NCBI GenBank assembly: GCA_965202585.1
Contig: OZ241829.1
Location: forward strand, 14,818,001-14,882,000
Length of the DNA: 64,000 bases
Direction: 5' to 3'
Source: Thalia democratica
Taxonomy: Eukaryota
Shown here: positions 50,599 through 61,613 of the stretch, one piece after another
How the letters are laid out: each line of letters opens with the position of its first letter
How positions within the stretch are numbered: position 1 is the first letter of the stretch
Translations under genes and position numbers: made by a program
Notes under the pieces: generated by a model
What the model saw: only the letters and a program-made list of their open reading frames with translations
Told to the model about the DNA's origin: nothing
Database searches by the model: none

Positions 50599-51881
50599 TA
50601 CCGAAACTTGTGGTCTTTATTAATAAAAGTAACAAATATAAATTACTTAAAAATGAATTAAACTTCATTACAATAATTTGAAACCGAAACGATGAATGTT
50701 AAGTTCTTCTCTGTATCTGTTATCAGAAATAAAGGTTTTTAAAGTTGATAAATCTAGTATTTATGTGAACTGCTTCTATTGTAAAGTATGTATACAAGTA
50801 TATTTTGAATGTTGTACTACTCTTAAAAAACTTTGAACTAATAAAACTTTCTGGAAAAATAGAAATTCAGAAATATACTTATGCTTATGTCGAAATGCTA
50901 TACAACCAGAATAGAAAAATAATTACGACATTCACTTTTTTGAAACAATCTGAAAAACATCAAGACGGCTTTATTCACAAATAACGAAAAGTATAGAGAA
51001 TAAAACTGGAATTTTCAACAAAGTATTTATATTAACAAATTATTAAGTACTTTTCTATTTTACTTATTTTAAAGTTAAAAAAAATTGCTTAAGTTTTCCA
51101 ACTACAAAGTAAAGTTTGTAATGATACCATCATACACTTTTTTTGTATGTTTGACATATACATTGATCATAGTGGCAGCTGATTATTTTAGAAACTTTTT
51201 TCAGGTTCTTTTACAGTTTCCTTGTTTCTTGTTAGTAGCAAATTAAAAATAAGGTTAAAACTGTATTATAGTTACTGAAAAGATTCTGTAGTACTACTTT
51301 TTTGTGTTAAAAAGTAAACAAAGTTTTACAAAATTAAAACCTTTTAATGAACGAAGTTGAGATAGTTTTCATTTTATCTGAAAGAGTACGGATAGATGAT
51401 TTCTAGAATTATGTGTCTTTTTCTATTTAAAATTTATCAATATTATGATGAACTTATTTTATAAAACCTACTTTAATAGCAAAAACAAATTGTGTGAAAC
51501 TGGTTAACAGCATTCACTGTACATTGGAGGCTAACACGAAGTTGATGTGAAAAAATAAAAAAACTTTATAAAATCCTTTCGCAGGTCGATGAAACTCTTT
51601 TGCAAGCCGCTGCCAGAAGAGAAACTTTCAAGCGACCTCCTAGAGACCTAGATGTTCCTTTCTTAATAAAATCGAGTCGAGGCTAAGATCAGAGATCTAC
51701 ACTGACAGTAGAGAAGTTACTGCAACAATACGGATTATTTTTGCTCATTCATTGACCTTAAAAGCGAATTTTTATTAACTTTTGAAATGTTTTACTCAAG
51801 TAGACGGGGATATTTATTTAAAATGTAAGCGGTAGAAGTATTTCGTTCCATCTGTAGTTAAACATGCCCGCTACGAGAACC

Positions 51882-52395
51882 GGGAAAGGGAAAATATGCA
51901 CTAATGGACTTTTTTGTTCAAAGAAACTTTTGCACGAAGATTCACTTTTGCATAGAGGGTCATTTTTGCACGAGAATGAAAAGATTTAAAAAAAACAACT
52001 AACTAAAAAGTAAAATAAAGAAAAAAAAAGTTACCAACCAAGAGTAAGGGTTAAGGGTAACAAGGATAGTATATATTAAATTAAATTTTAATTAAAAATA
52101 ACGAAAACAAAAAATTTTTAATAAAAAATAAAATCTAAAAATTCAATAAAAAAAAGATAAAAATAAAAAAGTTACTGATCGATGATAATGGTTACCGATA
52201 AAAGTGATAGCAAAAAAAACCTTACAAAATTATTAAATAAGAAATAAAAACACAGGCAAATAAAATTACCGACCGAGAGTAAGGGGTGATAGTAAAAAAA
52301 ATTATTAATTAATTAATTAAAGTTAATAAAACATAATATTTCAAAAATTTTTCAATACGTGCAAAAGTGTACCTTTGTGCATTTTAGACTCCTAC
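51882..52395. mobile_element. Degenerate MITE (same family as 2230-2681)
   Basis: CACTTTTGCACGA-type 17-bp repeats and the AGTAAGGGTTAAGGG tract; inverted partial repeat at ~52355-52385. Confidence 0.5.
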
Positions 52396-53369
52396 TCACA
52401 AAAACCATATAATAAAAGTATCTGGTGTCACTGAAGACCGCCACGCCAAGCAATTCTTCAGAAAAGTTTTAAATACTATTTATTAGGTAAATTAATAAAG
52501 GTAAAATAAGCTTAAATTATTTTTCTTTTTTATACGGTCCTACCTAACCATGACATCGACAAGAACGTGTTGCTCTCTGAAGCACACAGTTTTAAGATAA
52601 GAAAATAAAACTGGTTGAATGCAACTAAGGACCGCCCAATACCGCATGTAATCATTTTTATAGCATTTGCTACATTTGTACCCAAATTGTACATAATGAT
52701 ACTAATTATCTGCAAATTGCCCATAATTCTTAAGTTTCAACATTTTTTGAATCGATGTAAGCTGAAATGTACCTAATACGAGGGGCGCATAACATGAACA
52801 GCTTGAAAAAGTTTTCGGCAGGATAAAGTTGAAGAAGAGTGAATATATGATTTTAATTAACGCAGAATCTTTAAAATATTAAATGTAGAATTTGTTATAT
52901 AACAAATATGCAACATGCAATATTAACTACTACTTTACATTGAAACTTTTATTTGAATTTATAAGGCTAATCGAGACAGTTTCCCTGCGTTTTTTATACT
53001 GCTTGATAGTTCAAGCGAATTGACTAAAAGAAGATCTTGAAATGTTAAATTATGTTAAGGTTTTTAAATTTAAAAACATGGGAATGTATTCCATCATCAA
53101 TAGAAAAACTTAAATAAATTTGGTACAGTTAATAATAAGTTATTTTCAGCTAGATTAAGTCACGATAATCTATTTTAGAGCATTGTGACAACATAAATAA
53201 TTCATTTACATTTATTCATCTAGGCAATACCAAATGCTACAACTATTAATTAATTTAGTTTAGGCACTGAAATAGTTGAACAACTGTTAAAAGTTAAGAA
53301 ACATCTATATGGGTGATTGACGCAGTGTCCCTACATATTTGCTAGCATGTGGTTCTACTTTAACTAGCT

Positions 53370-53700
53370 CTAGTAAATTAAGAAGAAAAAAATCTTGGAA
53401 CTATAGAAACTTGAACAAATGCCGAAAAAACTTAAACCTGGAGCAATTACCAAAGAAAGGTACTAGAAAGCTGAATAAAACAATCTATCAAAGTTAACTC
53501 TGGATGATTATCAAAATCAAATGAGTTAAATGTGCAAGGATGGTTAAGAAAATATGTCTGAAAACACCGACTTCAAGACACTAACAATATATATTACAAA
53601 TACTGCAAAGGGCATAGTTCATGAAAATACCAAAAGAGAGGAATTACTTGAGAAATGTCTGCTTGAAACTGCTAGGAAGTTGATGGAACGTCAATATTAG
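53370..53700 (+). mobile_element. Possible decayed RTE-like non-LTR retrotransposon fragment
   Basis: Fragmented translation KLRRKKSWN...TLTIYITNTAKGIV..KREELLEKCLLETARKLMER resembles the region between endonuclease and RT domains. Confidence 0.35.
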
Positions 53701-55876
53701 ATCTAAAATGTTAACCTTAAACGTTTTTTATTTTAATTAAATCTGTTAAGAGTTTAAATAAACGCTAAAGCTGTGTTTCCGAGACTATAACTAAAAAATA
53801 AATAATCGAAAAAGTCTAGTTGTTTAGGAAGATTTTGTGTTTTTACTTGGGAAAAACTGAACAAAATCCGACACATAACTTAACTGGTTAGGATTTAAAA
53901 AGTTCAAACATCATAGCCATTTATACGAAAATACCTTTGTTAAAAGATTTGACTTTTTGAATTTTATCTCTATCTTAATAAGTAAGTCAAGGTTTTATTT
54001 ATATTAAACTTTATTAAAGAACACTTTTGAGTATTATTTAGCAAGTTTAAACTATTGAAACTTTTACAACAAACTCTGGACGCGGAATATTTTTACAGTA
54101 TGCAGTTTATAAATGTTAAAACACTAAAAAGAATTTACTTTAAGTTTTGATGCTTTTTGAAAACTATTAATAACTGCAAGCACTTTTGTATTACTTTCTT
54201 CCATATTTCTTAGTTTAAATGTATATTAAATCAAATTTATATGTAACATTTTTACAATTATTTTAAGTTTATTATTAAATTTAAAATTTCTCAAATTTTA
54301 AAAAGCTTTAAGTTTGTGTCGAACCGCAAAGTTTCAACTTGTCTTTCAAAAGACCAAAAAAGTTTGTGCAGGTATTATTTATTAAAACTTTAGAGTTAAG
54401 TTTGCTAACCAAACAGAGAAAAGAATGCAGAGAGGTTGTAATATACTTTAAAAAAGAAAAAATTCAAAATTGTGTTTGTTATTCAGTATGGATAAAATAA
54501 TTGTTTGAGTTTATTAACGCATAATCACCGTTGATAGTAATCAATGACAGGTTACAAACTAAATTTAAAAGCTCATATTAAAACATAATTAAAGCACTAC
54601 TTGTTAAAAGAATTTTTTAGTAAGTTTTAAAGTTAGTATTTAAACATAATAAAGTACTTTATTTTACGTTAAGAAGTAATCTGTAAAAATTAAACTATAA
54701 ATTAGTGTTAACAAAACGTAATTACTTTATTTAAAAAAAATAAAAATTTAAATCTATAGAATTTATAACAAATTTACATTTCATTTAAGTAAATTACTTA
54801 AAATGCGTAATTAAAATTACTTTTAAATCAATTTCCTAATGTATCACTTAAATAATTTTATCTACTTTTTTTTCTGTGTTCTTTGTTTTAAACTCGTTAT
54901 AAAAACTTGTCAAGCGTTATTTTTTTATTAAAATACACATTTAATATATATCAATATTTTTTTGTTTTAAAAACGTAATTACCATAGACAAAACATTTAT
55001 CTTGATTAACGACATTTTACCGTTACAAAATTTAAAAACATTTAATTTACTTAATTAAGGTTTAAAGTTATTCTTAGTGTTAAACTTTAAACATTTTTGA
55101 TGTAATATTTATTACAATAAGTTCATCAGTTTGCAGACAACGTAAAGACATAAACATTTAAATTTTTACTTCTTTATTATTTATCGACAAACTAAAACTA
55201 CAACTAACTTGATTTTAATTATTTAAATTTTCACTTTACAACTCTACAATTTTCAAATATTATACTATAGATCAAGATATTACATATAAAGTTCGAAAAA
55301 TAATAAATTCAAGATTGTTTAAATATGAATAAATTATTTTATTATTTACTCTTTTTAATTTAACATTCAATTTAAGCTAAATTTATATTCCTTCACCATA
55401 CTTACGCTAATTATTTTTTTTAAGTCTTAACCTATATAAGGTATTAACTTCTTATAAAAGTATTCTACTGTTTTTTGACAAATTTCAAGTTATTATGCGT
55501 CAAACAATCTTATACTTAGTATTTGGAAAAATAATATTTTTTTACATCACGTGTTGTTTTAAATTAACATAGTGTATTGAGCTGACATCAATAGTTAGCG
55601 TAAATAAATGAATTTGTTTCAAAAAAATTAGTAATTTTTATACTTAGAAAAAATATGTATAATAACAAAAGTCTTCAACTAAATTTTTATCAATGTTAAA
55701 TTTCTAAAGTCAGAAAGATATACACAGAATAGAAAAAAAACTATTGTTAAAAACTTAGAATAATAATTTCAGAAATCATTACAAGTTGAATTGTAGAGTA
55801 AAAGCTAAAAAGTTAAAACAAAAATAAATTATTTAGATTTAAAAGTACATGACTTTTAAAAGATAAAGGTAGAAGT

Positions 55877-58204
55877 TTAGAATATTAAATTCTTCATTTC
55901 ACACAAACCATGGAAATCAGCTCCATTGGAAGTCACTCCGCAGTCAACATCATTGAGTTTACCATATTTCATCCAAAAATGCACGCAGTCTTCATTACCT
56001 CCATAATTGTTTGGTTCACCCGATTTGAAATAGTACAAAAAGGGTTGGTCTTCGATTACATTCACTGTCTGCCCATTCACATATCTGAAAAATCCTTCGG
56101 TTTGGCGATCCGTTATTCCAACCCAGACGTTTTTTCCTGACGACTCTACCATTTTTCGGATTTTCCTTTGTTAAAATACAAATTGTTTAAAAACATATGT
56201 GACATAAAAAACTTTTTGAGGCTTTTTTTAATGAAAAAAACTACTAAATTACATTAATTGTTTTTATTTCGACTAGTTTTTTTATATTTTTTAGATTATT
56301 TAAATTTTTTTGACTAATTTATTACACTAATTTATAGCACAAAGAATTAATATACGTAGCTCATTTGTTAATTAACAAATACATTTTTGATATAATGAAT
56401 ATTTATCATCAAACTTAAATTAAGTTGTTTAATATTTAGAAATACCAAAAATCTCTTTATTTTACTAGGTTAATCTAAAGGTAATTCTCAACTAACGAAT
56501 GATACTTAATACCATTTTCACCAAAACTCTCATGTATTAAATCACCGCCCATAGCTTGACATTGCTTGCGACACTCTTCAAAGGTTCCTCTGTATGGTGT
56601 TATCTTGAATGTGTAGTCAAAAGCTGTTTTGAAAAATTGCGAGTTGAAATTAAATCTAAGAACATTTTTTAGTATGAGTATAAGAAGTACATGTTAGACA
56701 TTCTTGTGGAAAAAAATGTTACCTCATTAATGAATATTATAAATTATTTTAAAATATCTTCAAAAAAAGTGGTTTAACGTAAAATTTGTAGTCTTATACA
56801 TTTGTTAATCCACTTATAAGTATAAAATATAAGTGAAAATAATAAGATTGTTTTTATAGAAACTTTCTAACAAGTTTCATTTAGTATTGCTACGATTTTC
56901 TCAACAGTATGCTCCAATGTCGAAATTTGCTTATTCAGCATTTCTATTATGGGTATGACGTCACAATTAGCATCTAAACCTCCTTTTTCACCTGAAAGTA
57001 AGTTATGTATATATTGCTATAGTATTAAATTAACAAACAGGTTTTTGCTTTGGTTTATAACTATAAGTTTCAACTTAACTTTGGCAACGGTTTTTGTCGG
57101 CAAGCAATGTGTAGAAAAAATTATTTCTTATTAGGTCTATGAATTTCAATAACTGTTAATTTACAAAAATTACTTAAATATCTATTTCATTTCAAAAATA
57201 CTATATTTATATATGACTTTTTTTCTATTATACCTAGTTTAAACCTCAAATCACCCATTAAATATGCCTATTGTCTCTTTCATTATTGTGTTTTTTAATC
57301 CCAGATTACCTAGCTTAAATTTAAAAGTTTAGTTTAGCGGGCTAGATTCAAATACTTGCAAAGGCATTATTTACTTTAACGGGCCATATTCCACTAACGT
57401 TTTTTAACTGCGTTCTTCATTTTCTGGTGCACGACAACTCAAATTTGGACAGTTCAAATTCCGCCAATTTTAATCGACCTTAACTAAAAAAGTAATGTGT
57501 ATGTTTTAAAAATAAAATATTTTTGTATAAGTAGTGTTAAGATCTACAGGCAATGGTTTTATTATTGAAAAGTTTTAAGTATTTTTTGAGATATATCTAA
57601 AATAAGCATAAAAATATAGTTATTTATAGTAGTTTAATAATATCTTAAGAAATGTTTAAAATTTTGTGAAAAAGAAAAAAACTGCCTGTAGATATTAATA
57701 GCTTTTGAGATATGATTTTTAAACATTTTTTAAGGATTTGAGTTGTCGGAATTTAAATTGTCGGAATTAGAATTGTCATTTAAACGTCATTTTCGCATCT
57801 GGCCCACGAGTCGTATGTTGCCCACCCCTAGGTTAGACCAAATATCTAGAGTTAATTTTTCTTTTTGAAGCAACCGTTTATAAAAAATAGTTTAGTTTAT
57901 TCATAAATCATTTAAAACAAATTAATAAAAACAACTACTTGAAGTTTTGATAAAAAAATCTTTGTTAGAAATAAGATACATATTTAATGCTTAAAGATAA
58001 TAGAAATATATTTTTATCCAAAAAATTAAATACATTTACAAAGTTAAACAAAAGTATAAAACCTTCAGGGTTATTAGTATTTGTGGTATTGTTGCAAAAA
58101 AGTTTTCTAGCTGCAGCAAGTGTTGATTTGTCATCATCGTAAGTTGTTATTTCACTTACAACCACGTGAAAGTAAATTATGAAAATTGGAAACAAGAGCT
58201 TCAT
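55877..58204 (-). CDS. Secreted C-type lectin domain protein (185 aa, 3 exons: 58204-58063, 56623-56497, 56165-55877)
   Basis: Signal peptide MKLLFPIFIIYFHVVVS. Phase-compatible GT-AG joins give TFEECRKQCQAMGGDL...VWVGITDR..EGFFRY...GEPNNYGGNEDCVHFW..GKLNDVDC...GLCE*, with an EPN sugar-binding motif and no stops. Confidence 0.9.
57335..57830. mobile_element. Degenerate hAT-like MITE end with a nested TTCCGACAA subterminal-repeat element
   Basis: Right end TGGCCCACGAG..GTTGCCCACCCCTA at 57830; inverted arrays GACAACTCAAAT.. (57434) and ..GAGTTGTCGGAATTTAAATTGTCGG (57740-57778). Confidence 0.45.
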
Positions 58205-61012
58205 TGTAATAAACCTATAAAATCTCTACGTTTTTTAACTTAGTTAATAGTTATTTAAACTGTATTAAAATCATAACAATTATGTTAGTTATGTTAATAT
58301 TTGAGGACATAGTATTAAATGCTTTATAAACTATTTACTATATAATAAAAGTGTAAACCAACAGAAGAAAATTTAAAACATAAGTGTCTTAATATTATAC
58401 ATTTAAATTTTACTTTACATTAATTACAATAAAATCTTTGAAGTATTGAAGATAAAAAAAAAATTTAAAGAAGGCTGTTTACAAGTACAATTTTCACTAC
58501 AAACAACTTTCATTAGACACATATGACAAATTAGTATTGACATAGTAACATAATTATGTCACGTAAGAATTAAAAAAAACGAAAAAATTTATAAGAAATT
58601 TTTAAATATTTTTAAAAATGTTATATAGTTGCTGCTTGACTTTTAACAACTTTTTATTTCTTTTTACGACAAACCAACACAAATTTCTAATAGTAAAACG
58701 TATATAACTGTTCATGTAGTTAAGTGTATAGCTTTAGTGCACAACTCAAAATGTTGAACAATTATTATTTAATACTAATAGTTAAAAGTATACTTTTTAA
58801 ATTTATTTCATCTGATTGTATTTGTTTAAAGTAAAAATTACAAACAAAGTTTGTTTCTCTTAGGCCGACACGCTTTTTCTTGTATGTTTACAAAAATAAA
58901 AACTAGCAGTAGCCTTAACATTTATTGTAGCATAAAAAAAAAACTTGTAAAATTGTTTAATTTTCCTCTAAGTATGGCGTATTTTTGTAAACTTTTTGTA
59001 GAAAAATCTGCCATAAGGTTATACTACAGCGGTGCACTACATTAACTCCGTGCTTTTTGAGTCTAAATTCCTATGAAGTTATAAAATTTTTCCTAATGGA
59101 GTATATCATTAACATCGGTGCGCACCGAATCAGTATGCCGGGTAATTTCCCTAACTTGTCACTAATTGGTATTCAAAATTTCGTTAAACTTTTTGAATAC
59201 TAAATAAACATAGTTGAAAAAAGACAAATTAATCAGAAAAAATAAACAATAAAGGATAAAGATATAACATTCTTATTTATTACTACTTCTCTTTTTTTTT
59301 GGGTGGCACGCATGCGCCAGTGTTTGCGTATACCCATTATTTTTTTACTTTTCTTAATATTTTATTAATTTCAATGGCATCAAGTAGATTATTTTCTTTA
59401 GCTTCAGCTCTACATCTACAACAAATAATTAACAATAAGAAATTATTTTAAAACAGTTTACAATCTAGCGCGGTGTCTTATGCCTTAATTAGTAGCTCTT
59501 AGTTTAAGTTTTAAATTTTACACTCTATTATTTATGTTAACTTAAATTTTATTACTTACTTTATCAGTACCGCGCTTGGATCAACAAACTGCAGCCCTCA
59601 AAGCAAAAATTTACGGCTCGCTAAGTAATTTTTGGCTGAAAACGTTTTCTTTTAACATTAAAAAAAAGCTTACAGTTTAGTTTTTAACTAATAATGACTG
59701 AACTTTACAAGTGCTCTGCTGTGGTTTATTTTTGTACAATTAGGTTTAAAAATGATTTTCATATCGTTGCTAGACTTAAAAATAATTGTTGAAGCAAAAT
59801 GTTTTCAATCTCATTCACTTACAGAAACTTATAGAAAAACTTGTCGGCTGCTTCTAAAAAGCTGCCGACCCTCCATCTAGTTAGATGCTACTACATTTGA
59901 AAAAAAAAATTTTTTTTGGTAGAGCAAATATAAGTTTTTAACATTTAGCAAAGTAAGTCAAAACCTAATGAGTTTCCTAAACATTTTGTTTTTTTATACG
60001 TAAAATAAACTTGTAAATTTCGTAGAAGCAAGTTTTTTAATGACAAGTTAGTTAAAATCTTGAAAAAACAATTAAGTTTGCTAATGAATAGGTCTTAGAT
60101 ACCTTTATAATACTTTTTGATTGTTATTAATTTTGTCTGTAAACTAAATTTAGTAGTTATATAATTTAGTTTTTATGAGCATAGTTTAATTAGTTTAATA
60201 AAATCTTCACAGTAGTATATTGCTCATGAAATAAATTCATACAGTATACCCATTTCAAACTTGTTCAAAAATTTAAACAAATAAAATTATTTTGTTGAAT
60301 AAAACGCACTTTTGTATAAGTTATAATTCTGGTATTTTTTAGTATACTTTTAAGCTTCATATATAAAGTTTTGCACAGATTTGCATAGGACATAATTAAC
60401 ACTTTTTTAAAGACAAGTCATGTCTAACTAAAAGCATTACTAATAAAAACTATCAAAATTCAAATTAGAGATAATTTTAAGTACTTATAGAAGTAAAAAG
60501 TTTAAAAAATGTATATAAAACAAAATAGATTTAAAACTAAAACCTGTTTCTAATGTAAGCTATCAGTTCTATCAAACTAAAAATTTAAAGATTAAACTAG
60601 CTTCGTACTTTCGTTTATATAGCAAATATACACTGATTACGTAACTTAAGTTGTGTAAAGATGCTGTTCTTATTTCCTTGTATATAATTATGTAGTTGTT
60701 TAAAGTTTCCCGATGTATAATTATGTTGATACAATTACGGAAGAAACTTGCATGAACTTTTGTTGGTGCATTTAGTTTTTAGTTAGTTTACTTTTAATGT
60801 AAAAGTTATTTTCTGAAAATGTCTTTTTTGCTTAGTACTATTTACAACTATAACCTAAAAATATTCAAAGTTAATGTGTAAATCTTAGTATAAAGATATA
60901 TTTATTTATATATAAATGTATTCAATTTCAAAATACGTATAAACTAAATTAAGTTTCAAAGTAATTAGCTATATCATAAGTAAACTAATAAAATTACTTT
61001 AGCAGTTAAAAC

Positions 61013-61250
61013 TAGTGATAAACCGGACTCCCTATCCGGGTCCGGCCGGATATTGCCATTTTTGTCTGATGTCCGGATCCGGCCGGATTCTAATTTGAAA
61101 GAAAGTCCAGATCCGGTTCCGGCCGGATTCTAATTAAAAAAAAAAAAGTCCGGGTCCGGTTCCGGCCGGATTCTAATTTGAAAAAAAAATCCGGATCCGG
61201 GTCCGGCCGGATCCTAACAGAGATCCGGCTGGACCCGGATCTAGTTAGTA
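61013..61250 (+). repeat. CpG-rich ~40-bp repeat island (CCGGATCCGG.TCCGGCCGGATTCTAAT), probable solo hAT-type terminus
   Basis: Four to five copies of the TCCGGCCGGAT core following TAGTGATAAACCGG. Confidence 0.65.
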
Positions 61251-61613
61251 AAAAAGATCATACTGAAAAGTATTTTTTCAAAAACAAACCCTGTGTAAAC
61301 TAATAAGAGTTATTTTTGTCAGTTAGAATTAAACACCTACCATGATTGGCTCATTTTGTACACGTGACTAATTTACATTTGTTTACATTTAAACTATGAA
61401 ATAAACATTTCATGAAGTGCAACTCTTTACATATGTTGTAAAATTGAAAACTTTGGAATGAATACTTGCATTATTTATTGTTTAACGTTGAACTCAGAGA
61501 ATATTTAGAGTTAATACGGTTGAATGTACAAGCCAATGAGAATCATATGACGAAATGTTTCAAACTAAATACTGATGCAACAAAACATCATAACATGACA
61601 GGCAGTTTATATG

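Larger units (their letters stand above)
48610..50615. mobile_element. Retrozyme/Penelope-type hammerhead array: 328-bp unit, ~4.4 copies then ~1.7 inverted copies, 13-bp TSD
   Basis: Unit starts at 48608, 48936, 49264, 49592 and 49920 (period 328) and copies appear identical by eye. Inversion at 50048/50049. TTTATTAATAAAA flanks both ends (48597-48609 and 50616-50628). Confidence 0.9.

Noticed and set aside
48608-50616. CRISPR array or simple satellite interpretation of the 328-bp repeat
   Set aside because: There are no unique spacers and the context is eukaryotic. The hammerhead core and flanking TSD explain it as a retroelement insertion.
51580-52830. Exon-like fragment QVDETLLQAAARRETFKRPPRDLDVP (+) and ORF 52530-52724 (-)
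   Set aside because: They are isolated, stop-interrupted and have no recognisable domain.
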